A stretch of 64,000 nucleotides of DNA from NCBI RefSeq assembly GCF_023055435.1, contig NW_025964383.1, positions 17,546,001 through 17,610,000 of the forward strand. Direction: 5' to 3'. Below the pieces are notes generated by a model that was not told the DNA's origin, made no database searches, and was given only the letters and a program-made list of their open reading frames with translations. Of this stretch, positions 10,381 to 22,800 are shown piece after piece. Origin of the DNA: Haliotis rufescens (lineage: Eukaryota). The translations under genes and the position numbers were made by a program. How positions within the stretch are numbered: the stretch's first letter is position 1; every line of letters begins with the position of its first letter.

Positions 10381-11799
10381 TAGTCTAGTGGTTAAAGCAT
10401 TCGCTCGTCACGCCGAAGACCCTGGTTCCATTCCCCACATGGGTGAAGCTCGTATGTTCCCTAACAGTGAAGTACTGTGCCGTCATATTTACAGATCATC
10501 ATTGTGAAACGATAAAATTCACATGATACATAGCTATTACACACGACACTCTCCTCTGATTGGTAATATATGTAAAGTGTATTGAATACATAGCAGTTCG
10601 CCACCGTCACAACACCATGAACCAGTTAGTTCAGACCTATAACATTGCTGCTGTTCATGAATGATTTTTCGACGGCGCAATTCGTTGTTATGATATGATG
10701 ATTGTGTCTTTCTACAGCGACTTACGTCAATTTTCGCTTCCCGCGTGAGTCATGAATGTTCTCCTTATTTGAATGTTAAATCTTATTATGATGGATTAAT
10801 GATACAATGGTAGATTCGCTTCATTTGTAATTTGAGGACATGGTTCGCGGACACCTGGTATCATTACTATTTGATAGTGATTCATAAACACATGCTGATG
10901 ATATAGTCGGAATCGTACAATCGACTCTGCTTTAGTCAGAGATTTCTATTGGATATGGAAAGGATTTCGTCGTTTGATTTACTTATTTATTTATCCAACC
11001 TACTTGTTTCACTATGTTTCCAAAGTGCACCGAAAATCTATCTTCTCTATCTAATGACCATTCGGGCAATACGTTTGATCCCAACTGCTACCCTTAAATA
11101 TCATTTCGCCGCATCTTACATAAATTATGTATATGGACGCGGGTCACTGAATTTACACCACATTTTGTAAAAAGATCCCAATTCAAAACTCAACCGATAT
11201 AGTCAGAGACATTGTATCGCTAGTCTCGGTGTCGGCTACGGCCGCCACATCACCAACAACTACGTTGACAACGAAGAAACACCTTCGGCTGGTGTGTAAG
11301 ATACAAAGTTTTGTCACTTTTATTCCATCCAATCGAGGGCCAACTGATATCTCATGGACATCTCCCATGCCATTTATATAGCAATGGTCAGGATAACCCT
11401 TCATCGTTTGCCAAACCCCGTGTCATTTTTTTCTCTCCATTGCTCCACACTTCTTAGCAATATGTAATCATAATATGCATCCAATACTCCGATGTGTTTG
11501 TTCCCACTATTCTTATTGACATAATTCACATCGTGCATCTGTTTTCCATATTTCCAAACTGGTAAGATATTGTCTTTCAATGTAATCATAGAAATGTGAG
11601 GTCTTGCAAACACACTGCTATTGATTACCTATATAGGTAGAGAAAGCTATGTTGATCTCGTGCCTGATTTCGTGCATTTATCCCCCATCTCTAGGGAACT
11701 GAGATGAATGAGTAGGTAAGGTGAAATAATATCACGTTCAAGATGAACATGTTTGTGTGTGGCTGCTGGTACTAATCCGGAGTCGGGATAGACATGTGC

Positions 11800-12087
11800 C
11801 CGAGAGGAGAAGGTCGGTGGTTCGATCCCCGGCCCTATCATACCAAAATGCGTTAAAATGTGGTACTTGTTGTTACCCTGCCTTGTGCTCGGCATTATGG
11901 GGCTAAAGCTCGGAGTCAGTATACTGTGTCTGAGTGGAGTATTCATGTTAAACTGCAGCATGGTATCTCAGTGCCCTTACACTATAAAATCATCATAAGT
12001 CCGAACCAGAATAAACACAGACAAACAAACACATTCACAGACACAGACACAGACACAGACACAGACACACACACAGACACACACACA
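11800..12087 (+). mobile_element. Partial SINE family C ending in an (ACACAG)n microsatellite
   Basis: GGTTCGATCCCCGGCC...GGAGTCAGTATACTGTGTCTGAGTGG matches 9410..9600. Confidence 0.75.
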
Positions 12088-12128
12088 GTCTTGGAAGGAA
12101 CACTTTTGTCTTCATACAAACTATCTGT

Positions 12129-12275
12129 GAGTGAGTGAGTGAGTCTGGTTTTACGCCGCTTTTAGCGATATTCCAGCAATATCACGACGGGGGGCACCAG
12201 AAATGGGCTTCACACATTGTACCCATGTCGGGAATCGAACCCGGGTCTTTGGCGTCACGAGGCTACCCGACCGCA
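12129..12275 (-). mobile_element. SINE family A
   Basis: Near-identical to 4480..4643 apart from an internal deletion. Confidence 0.85.
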
Positions 12276-13304
12276 ACCAAACTATCTGTGTCACGGTATT
12301 TCATGTTAAGTCAGTGTATCAGGTGCCTTGAGGTAAGCTGGGGCAACCGTACCACTGTGCCGCTCCCAATAAACAATTATAAGCTTCACAGAAATACGGG
12401 CTGTTCTACAGTGTTTTCCTGATAGATTCCCGATTCAGAACATACATGACTTCCAAGAATGCTTGATTCTGATTGGTTAAAACAGGTATCCTTTTTCCTA
12501 TTGACACCTCTTTTTAATTAGTCCTTTTCATTCATCAATGCATATGACATTGGCGGCCGAGAACCAATTAGAATCGTATATGTTCGTTATCAGAACCACA
12601 GCTTATCGATTATAATGAAATATATTTCAGAACACAGACAAGTAAGTACAAAATATACGGTCAACCACTTAATCTTCAGTCACAAAAATGACCAGTCTCT
12701 CTCGTGTTGTCGTCTGCAGCTAAAAACGGTGGGATTCGGCCACACTTCATCCATACCTCTTATTTACACATTTCAAACCTAGCTCAAAGCTCTCGGTTTC
12801 AAATTAAATCTAATCTACAGCGGGTTAACATCAAATTTCAGGTTTATCTCCTTATTAACAATTAAATTTGCTTATTAGAACAATCTTCTTCAAATATGTG
12901 TACTTTTATTTTCGATCACGCGATCAGTGCTATGGTGAATAAAAAATATTTACAAGCTTGGTTTACAACTCGATAATTAAATATATTGTTGCATGATCTA
13001 AAATATAAGTACTCGTATTTGGAGGCAAGCGTCTCAGGAAGGGAATCATGTTGCATTGTTGTCAGATCAAGACGCATGCAGTTTACTGAAGCATATACAT
13101 GTAAAGTGCGATGCAGATTCGGATCAGAGTCTATCAGGAAAACATTATTGGACAGCACGTGGCTCTGTGTTGGGACAAATCAATATTAAATCGTTTTCAG
13201 GATGCAGCACAGAGATACAGTTACAGGAACACAAAATTCCGGGTTGAAGTTTAAGACGACGGCAGACATGTTTATTGTTGGTGTGTGAATTACAGTCGAA
13301 AAAG

Positions 13305-13380
13305 TAGGGGCGTCCAATAAGTTTTGCAATTTCAATATAAGACCAAATATAAGTGCAAAACTTATTGAACGCCCCTCGTA
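13305..13380. mobile_element. Very small mariner-type MITE
   Basis: AGGGGCGTCCAATAAGTTTTGCA ... TGCAAAACTTATTGAACGCCCCTCGTA; absent from the homologous sequence near 49490..49520. Confidence 0.65.
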
Positions 13381-14234
13381 TAAGGTAAGCGCGTGACAGA
13401 ATGCACCCCATGACGAGAGAACAATGTTCTCTGTCCCTGCAGACAGTAGGGCTGCGATTCTTCATCCTCGACGTAGTTGATGTGGCGGCTGTAGCTGACG
13501 CCACGACTAGCCTAGCCATTGAATCCGTCTGCTCTGGTTGATAATCTGGGCCGATCTCTGTCTGACAACGTGTGTTAGGTTTTGAATGTGGATCTTTTAC
13601 ATTCCGTGGTGTAAGGTCCGAGTGTGGGTAATACTCGGAGGGGCTTAGGATTAGAGGGGTTACGAGGAATGTTTGCTGAACATACTGAACAAAGGATAAA
13701 AGAGTTTCGGTGCATTTTGGAAACAAAGTGAAACAATTAGTTTATTTGGATAATGAAGTTTTCACAGATATGCTCAGTAGTATCCATTATCACATACACA
13801 TATATCTGGGTTCAGTGCCCATTATGTCTGAAGTGTATACCACACACTACATACAAAATGAAATGTAACTGATTTAAAGAAAACAATGGAAGAGATTATT
13901 TAAACCGATCTTTAAATTACAAATTAACCACATCCACCACTAAATCATCAATCCACCATAATAAAAGATTAAAAATACAAATGATGAAAAGAGGAATATT
14001 CATGACTCGTGTGGATAGTAAAAACTAACATAAATCGCTGTATAAATCGTATCATCGTGACGACTTGCGCAATAGAAAAATCATTACTGAACATCTTCAA
14101 TATAATATTTCCGAACCACACTGTTCCATGACAGCTTCGATAGTGTACTAGTATGTTTTAGGCCTATGCAATACTTTATAGACATTATCACCTCCAACCA
14201 GTCCAACATAGTTTTATTATACACTATTCTGGAA

Positions 14235-14452
14235 CACCGTGAAGATCCGGGTTAGAAATGGTCTTCAGCAACCCATCCTCATCATCGACTAGCGGGATCG
14301 GGCGGTCAGACTCGGTTGATGCATGTCATCGCATTTCATTTGCGTATTTAGATGTTCATCACTGCATTGTCTGGTCCCGACTTGATTATTTACACACCGC
14401 CGTCATTTAGATGGAATATTGCTGAGTGCTGCATTAAAGAACAAAACAAACA
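14235..14452 (+). mobile_element. SINE-like family D
   Basis: CCGTGAAGATCCGGGTTAGAA head and GGAATATTGCTGAGTG...AAACAAAC tail. Confidence 0.78.
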
Positions 14453-14959
14453 GACGAATACTTTTCTGAATAGTGCATTAAAGAACTTTCACTTTGTCTT
14501 GTTCCTTGTAGGACGGGCCTTCACGAATTGAGGACCAAATTGCGGTTTCAAGGTTATGTTACCGTTTTTTTGTCAAGCGCGAGAGCCAAATATTGTGTAA
14601 ACAAATGTACTGTATAACAAAATTGTTTAACGTTTTCAAATCTGTATTATCACAGCACATCAATATTGGTTCAGGGTATGAATGATTATATATTATATTT
14701 CCCGCATTATAACCCGTTTTACAAAAATAAAGTGTTCGGGATTTACCGAATAAAACGAACGCTATATGGATCAGATCCCAACACATTTTATACAAACTGG
14801 CAACAATCAGTCTCACAATGTTACAATGGCATATTACTACAAAACTGGCACATCTTTAAGAGAAGTGTTCCTATTCTTGTGAGCAAGAAATACATACTTT
14901 ACAAATCTTCTTTGAACACAGAGGTTGCAGCTATATCATTGTTTTAGTTTATCAACTTT

Positions 14960-15215
14960 GTTTGTTTGTTGTTTAACGCCGCACTCAGCAATATTTCAAT
15001 ATGACGTCGGTTTGTAAATAATCGAGTCTGGGCCAGACAATCCAGTGATTAATAACATGAGCATCGATCCACGCAATTGGGATCGATGACATGCATCATC
15101 CAAGTCAGCCAGCCTGACCATCCGATCCCGTTAGTCGCCTCTTACGACAAGCACAGTCGCTTTGTACGGCAAGCATGGGTTGATGAAGACCTATCTACGA
15201 CGCATCTGCACGGGT
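14960..15215 (-). mobile_element. SINE-like family D
   Basis: Full-length match to 36200..36466. Confidence 0.82.
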
Positions 15216-17179
15216 CGAATAAAACATGTAACACATCTGCAATTACTGCTCCTTTGACACATCTAGAACCAGCGACTGAATTGCAGTTCACCAAAACAGG
15301 CAGACATTGCCAAGCACGTGTGTACAATACCATTAACTTAAGGCTTTTGAAGTTCGTTATAATCTCAAACTGTTCATCTTCCACGATAGTGTCACTGTAG
15401 GCTGTTAAGGGTTCTGGAACATATTTTCTTCTGATGTTACTGTATCTTCAACTCCTTACTCTGCTTGTCAATATCATCACTTCCACAGGCCGTCTCCCCA
15501 TCCCGGACGAGTACCAAATGTAACCCCGATTTACGGGGTGGGACGGGTGTGGCCTGATAAAGAAGGACAGAGATGTGCTGGTAACATTTGCAACAGCAGC
15601 AGTGCTGGAAAGCCAGAATCATGACCAGTGGGATGACGGGGACTTGGCACCTGTTCTAGAATGTGCTGAACGCGTTGTTTTAGGAGAAACTGGATTAAGT
15701 TTCTTTCCTTTAATGAAAGCACATAGGAAAAACTGTACTTGAGTTAAATGAAATATTTTGCTATTTATGTTGTCACCTTCCCCATCATGAGTTCGCTATC
15801 AGACTTAGAGCACAGCTAAACACTTGAGACCACGAATAGCATATCCGCGTACATAGTGAACAGTTCGTGAAGGACCAGAAACCCACCTCCATGTGTCTGT
15901 GTAATTCGATGAGGTGAAATAGGGTTTAACGTCGCGTTTACGATTATGGAGCGACGTACATGCATGTGTATGTGTGCAGGGTCGGGATGTCAAGAAAGCA
16001 ACACGCGTCATCTTTTAATGTCTTTTGGTATGACACGGACGCTCTGTCCACGTGACAGCGGAGGCGGTCATTTCTCAAACTACATGCAGCACGAGCGGCA
16101 CTGTTGTATAAAGTGAGTTGATGGGAGAACATTTTTGGGATATAAATACACGAGACGTGACCCAAATGGCGAACGCCAAATGGATCATAGCCTTTTGTTG
16201 TGTTCTAAGACCAAAGTGTTTTTCTTCAAGCGGAGAGGTGAATATTTAGTTGCATACGAGTGTATATTTATGTTGCACACTTCTTGCGGCAAGCTACCGT
16301 CACTTTTATTCTGTTGTGCATCCACTTTGTGGTGTCAGTGTCAAGCATCAATAAAACGTCACTGAAGAATCCTGATTAATGTATTTAAATGCAGTAGCGA
16401 AATCAAAACTATGATTAAAACCAAGTTACGTGACCTCTAATGACAGTTGGATAGATGCAATCATTTTGCTAATATTCCAATAGTGTGAGTATGGGTACTA
16501 AATCGTCTCATAGTTTTCCTTGAAAGGTTCCCCTCGCATAGTTAAACCAATAGTGGTTACCCTCCCATAGTATAGCATAATATAGTGAATATCACTTGAA
16601 GATTAGTTTGAGGCATTAACTTAATGCGTCTCCAAGGAAGGTCATAGTTGAAGATGTGCATTTCAAAGTCAAAGTCAAAATGTTACTCGAAGCCGTTTTC
16701 ACAACACGTCTGCATCTGTATCCCAACCTCCACCTTCAGTGGAATGCGCAGTCTGCTTTTGTAGCGGTCATTGAATGCCCTAGTCTCGTGATTGGATTCG
16801 ACCCTTCAGAGATTGGACGCCTTGCTCACATGACCACAGACGTTAATCCCTCCATCAAGCTGACAAGGTAAGGATGTCATCTGTTGGATGAGTCCACGGC
16901 AGACTACGTACTCCGCTCTAAACAGAAGGCACTTCCCGGATCGCACAGTAGGGTACTGAGACGTTTAGCATTCGAACCACAAACCAAGCTTGATCACACG
17001 TACAAACACCCAACTGCACCATTACCGTAAAGCACACGGGAAGAGACACTGCCAAGTAATTGTATAACATGGGGACAAATTCCATAAAGAACTATTGTGA
17101 ACGTATAGCTTTCCGAGTGAGTGCATTTGAAGTAACACCGAGTTGATTTGAACAGTGTTTTTAATATTTCAGTCTCAGT

Positions 17180-17480
17180 GGGGGCACGGGTGGCCCAGTC
17201 GTCTAAGGCCGCGATTCGCTGTGCAGAGTCGCGTCCCTTGGGCACGCCAGAAACCTATGATTGTGGGTTCGAATCCCGGTTCGCCCAGATTATGTTTCTA
17301 GGTTTGTCAGCACCATACCCGTGCTCGTGGGATTCACTGAAGTGGTAAACGTCTGAGACCTGCATCACTTCGAGCTTTCCTCCCACATTAAGCTGACACG
17401 CCGTGATATAACTGGAATATTGTTAAAAGCGGCGTTAAACCCAACTCACTCACTCACTCACTCACTCACTCACTCATTCA
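17180..17480 (+). mobile_element. SINE family B
   Basis: Near-identical to 5266..5552, with a long (ACTC)n tail. Confidence 0.9.
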
Positions 17481-18034
17481 TTCAGTGTACATGTCAGCAT
17501 GATATTGGAGAAACCTAAAACGTTCTTGAGATTGGGGCAAGGGAATTTATTTCATTTAGGTTACGTCCTGATTACATTAACGCATTATTGTTCAAACGTG
17601 TAAGCACGCAGCTGTACTGTTACGGTAAAGTAGACGGAAAGAGAAACTGCCAAGTAATTAAGCAATTTAGCAATGACAGCCTCTACACCAGGAACAAACA
17701 CTATCGATATAACCTGCGAAAGATTGTTGCTTATGCTTAAACGCTTATCGCAGCTGCCTGTATACAATCGACAAGGGTTTAATAGACACACAAACAGCCA
17801 GGTCACACTTTTGGGCCAAGATGTTCTTATTCCAGTCATCTGATGCGAGAAGCATCAGGAGAGACGCCAGCCTCAGAATCCGCACAGACGCTTACACATT
17901 TCAAATCCAATTTTAATTAAACACAAAAATGACGTGTGTTACTTGTTAGTGAACACAAGACATCACATGTGAAATATGTAAACAAAAACACAATATCTTA
18001 TTTTGGAAATATTGTCCAGTGAGTATTGAGTATT

Positions 18035-18290
18035 AGCCCAGTCGTCGATGGCGTCTAGTTACTGAGTTGCGTCCCTTGGCCTCGCCAGAAACCTGTGATT
18101 GTGCATTCGAAAACCGGTCCGCCTCCATTATGTGTCTAAGTTTGTCAGCACCATTCCCTGTGTTTCACCGCAGTGGTAAACGTTTAAGACAAGCATCACT
18201 TTGGGTTTTCCTCCCACATTAAGCTGACATGCCGTGCCATCACTGGAATACTGTACAAAACGGCGGTAGGGCCAACTCACTCACTCACTA
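18035..18290 (+). mobile_element. Older SINE family B copy
   Basis: Diverged match to 5266..5552. Confidence 0.75.
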
Positions 18291-18323
18291 TATATGCCAC
18301 TAAATAAGCCATGAAGATGTTGA

Positions 18324-18599
18324 GGGGACACGGGTGGCCCAGTAAGGCGCCGCGATTCGCTGTGCAGAGTTGCGTCCCTTGGGCACGCCAGAAACCTATG
18401 ATTGTGGGTTCGTATCCCGGTTCGCCCAGATTATGTTTCTAGGTTTGTCAGCACCATACCCGTGCTCGTGGGTTTCACCGAAGTGGTAAACGTCTGAGAC
18501 CTGCATCACTTCGAGCTTTCCTCCCACATTAAGCTGACACACCGTGATATAACTGGAATACTGTTAAAAGCGGCGTTAAACCCAACTCACTCACTCACT
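18324..18599 (+). mobile_element. SINE family B
   Basis: TSD CATGAAGATGTTGA on both sides. Confidence 0.9.
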
Positions 18600-19813
18600 C
18601 ATGAAGATGTTGATGCACAGAAAAAGAAGAAGAAGAAGAAGAAAGTAATTTTCTTATTATGTCAACACCCGGCCTTTGAGACACACAGTAAAATAGCATA
18701 GTGTAATATAATACTTGATACAATGGTATACAAATATACATATTGCTAAAAAAAACATAAAGCTCGTCTGATTCCAGAACTATTCACTCCTTTCATAAAT
18801 TGGTATGACAGGGGAGCGAGTTAAGCATTATATGTATTATTTGCCGTTCATAATTCTTCATAAAATATCATTTTCGTATGTGAATAGGCAGACATCAACG
18901 CGATCCACTGTTTACTCCAATTAACTTTAGACAGAATAATACTTTAAAAACACGTCAAAGGTTTATACTTACGAATTTAATACCATACAAAGGCCCACCT
19001 TTAGAATTTAGTCATCCGTTCCACAAAGCTATCGTAGCGCGCTCATTACAAGCATATTTTAACATAGACTTACGACTGTCGTTGGCCTACAATCACTTTG
19101 TGGGAGGGACCCTGCACCACAAGTTTACAATCACGTCACAATGCCCTATGACATTAATTTGGGGAAGTTTGTTGCAAGATCCACCGGTGAAACAATTCCA
19201 TGTGACGTCAGCCTAGCAACCGGGTAGCTGGGGTCATCGAGTGTGCATAAGCTCATCTCAGTGATCTATCATCTCTACACACACTGTCATTTTGCAATAC
19301 AGCTGTTTATTAAACGGTTGATCCCTTCACGGGCGAGTAATAAATATGAAATAAAGTAAGCATACTCTGTCACTGCCATTGCTATGATAGTTTAATTGAA
19401 CGGATCATCCTGTGTATTCCTTTGTGTTTGTGGCTGTGTCAATATTTGTAAACGGTTCTGCTGAAAACAGTTCCTCCATTAGCGTGTTTTCATCACATAT
19501 TTGCTTTCTATATCAAGCAACATAGTCAACATATTATACAAGTCATTAGCGGGTGATTTTGCGTTGTTAAAAAGCATACACCATGATAAAGTATTCAACG
19601 CACGCGCCAGGTAGCCACGAATGTATAATGTTTGCTGAATTCTACCTCAGGTCGATTAGTTGAAGGTTACGGATGCATATATAAATAGCCACGCATGTAC
19701 ATAAAATGACAACAGCCACGTGCACTAGTTAACCGAACTATTCGTTCATTTCTTTGGGAAATGGGAAGATAGTATTTGGATTACTGTTAAATGGTATATA
19801 AACGCCTAGAGCT

Positions 19814-22800
19814 ATGGACGTTGTACGCATATACATATATGTAGTTAGTCATTTGGTGCTTTTCGTCGGTCCGTCCTGCTCTCATTTCATGAACTTGACA
19901 GGTTTGTATATTGTCACTTTTATAGTTTGTATATTGTCCCTAATGTTACACTGCATTGGTTTGGTGAACCTTACCTAGAGCAGATACATAATGTACCTCT
20001 CTTATACTGCTTGTGACATACGCAGAACTTCACTAAATGGTTCCTCATGAGTAGTTTTTATGATAATCAAAAATAATTATAATTTTTTTATATGGCAACG
20101 TAGTCAATACTTTAGTCGTTATACTCAAAGCACAGTACTTTTTGATATGTGACAGAGCAACTTATCCCCAACAATATCATGCATTACTATGATTCTTAAA
20201 TGTACATTTGTTGGTTCCTAAATTTGGCACTTCCAATGTTGTTAATACGAATATAAAACATCCTAAAGGCATTCAAACTAAATACATCCGCTGTGTTATT
20301 GCTGGAATATTTGCTAAAAGAGCGTAAATTCCATCTCACTCACTTGATCATACTAAATACATATACATGAATTGTGATTTCCTTTTGCAAGGTTCCAATG
20401 TACATTATAGTTTTTATCTTAACATTTATCAAACAGCACCTTCCAGCATAATACTTGGAAAATATGAACTCCATCACCTTTTAAGCAAGATGTGTCTCCA
20501 TCCGGGCTCATCTTTGATTCTTGTTGGTCATTCATCTATGGGTAAGTGTATCTTCCTTTAATTCGTCAAATTCACACAAACCACATTTGAATCATTAGTC
20601 TGTGAAGACATTAGTTTGCGTTCAAGGTCATCGGCAAACATGCCTATTGTTCATGTTCATAGTATTCCTGTTATTAAGTAAGGATAAGAATTTATGGATG
20701 AACAACTTCTTTATTACAATTAAGAGCGACGTTTCGGTGGTGTAGGTTCTAACACCGTTATCAAGCAAGTGAGAATTTATGGATGAACAACTTCTTTATT
20801 ACAATTAAGAGCGACGTTTCGGTGAAGGTTCTAACACCGTTATCAATCAAGTGAGAATTTATGGATAAAAAACTTCTTTATTACAGTTAATAGCGACGTT
20901 TCGGTGTAGGTTCTAACACCGTTATCAAGCAAGTATATAATCACTTGCTTGATAACGGTGTTAGAACCTACACCGAAACGTCGCTCTTTAATTGTAATAA
21001 AGAAGTTGTTCATCCATAAATTCTTATCCTTACTTAGTCCTCCAACTTCTATATGCCTATCAAAGAAGTAATTCCCGTTATTATTTAAAATTCCTATTAC
21101 TAAACAGGAAGAGACGTACATAACGCTGTTGAAGACTGGACTACACGGCACAGCGTGACTGAAATGTTTTTCCATGTGCATGCCTTTGAACAGGGTCTGA
21201 CCGGCTTAATTGAGAAATCTCTCCAGAAGAACCAGCTCAACATTTATCGCAAATTGCTCAACTTTGTCGTCTTCTGTGACGGTATCAACAACTGCTTCCC
21301 ACGCATCATAAATATCGTACGTTAACTAAATATAATACACGAATCTAAGATTTTCGCTTGTTAGAAATACTGTTTTCAATTGTAAGTTCAATTGACCGTT
21401 TCTAAAGAAAGCGTATCCTTTCTTCACAACATACAAACGTTATAATTACGTAAATTTATCATTTATTCGATCTCCAAAAGTCTTCCAGAAAAGACAAGGA
21501 AAGCGGACAAGGAACACTGCTGCGTCATTTTTCGAAATGGTTCTTCCTGAATGTGGACCCCCCATTATTATCAGAAGTACATGCTGATCTGGACAACATA
21601 GCAATAGCTGTCAAGGTAACTGGCAACAATATATATCCGTTTAGGGGTTGAGAGAAACTGACACTAAACTAAATGATTGAAGCCATAATGAAATAGTCAG
21701 TATTGACAAAGAATTATTATTTCATATTGCATTAAAGCTTATTCCCTAAAGTTGTTTGTTACTTTCGTTATTAGGAAAAGAACACATCTAGTCGCTCAAA
21801 TGTGAAAATCAGCACTCTCTTGTGGAAGTCCAACACCCGGAAATGGTCGCAAATTGGTGACTTGGCAAATAACGGGGACAATTACTCCGCCTTCATTGCT
21901 CCTCTCTTCCCCAATACGGCATACATGTTGAATGGAAGAAAACTGAAAATTGGCGTCTTGGAGGTGAAATACTAGAATTATATGTTGACATTTTAAATGC
22001 TTTTTAATAATTCATACCACATAAACTCATATTTCATTGCAAGTTGAGATGATATTATAAAAACGTTTTAAAGCAATCGTTCTAAGGAAACCAATTCTGT
22101 CTAAATTATTGTATGGTAAAAATGTTAATGTCAAGTATTAGGAGAATGATCAATATTGACGACAAACTTAACACCAAAGCACATCGTATTGTTTGCACGT
22201 GCCTTACACACGTGTGTGCACAACATCCATTGAATGCCATGGCCAGCAATGAGCCCCGACCTTTCGCCTTGGGCATGATATTGAAACGTGTGCATTAACG
22301 TCATGGGCCGAGACCACCTTGGCTGAACAGACTCCCTCAAATAACCATTGGGATACTTATACCCAGGATATCCCGTTGCGTGAATGAATGTTTGACAAAT
22401 CGTGGCGGTTTCGTGAAAAGCGTGAAAATTCACATTTTACTCCTATCTTCCTTCAAGATCGTTGGCGGTCATAACATCTACTATCATACATCAATCACAA
22501 CTGGTTGTAACGTGTTCCCAATGCGTCCATTTGGCTGATACGAGAAACCAATATCTCTTTCAATTTTTAGCCAAGTACGGCGTAGAGGGTATATACAATG
22601 TCAACGACAGATAATAGGCAGTCTCGGAAACAGGTTTCAGTGCAAAAGGCAAAATAGCAGTGAAAATTATACGAGTGAAAAACTGATTCACAAGAAAAAT
22701 AATCTCTTCAAGTAAAGGGAAATGTTAACTGGAGCCATAAACAACATCATTTATGCTTTTGGTTAAACGTAAAGTTTACGAATCTATATTAGGAGATAAC

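Noticed and set aside
13145-13726. 193-aa ORF in spacer block Y
   Set aside because: Homologous copies (11000..11300, 47050..47540, 49900..50420) do not keep a common frame, and the ORF reads through a MITE.
19675-19802. TATA-like motifs upstream of IR-B
   Set aside because: AT-rich background and no clear conservation upstream of IR-C; cannot be supported without transcript data.
20392-20436. Upstream alternative acceptor for IR exon 2
   Set aside because: The equivalent extension is frameshifted in paralog C, whereas the downstream AG keeps all paralogs in frame.
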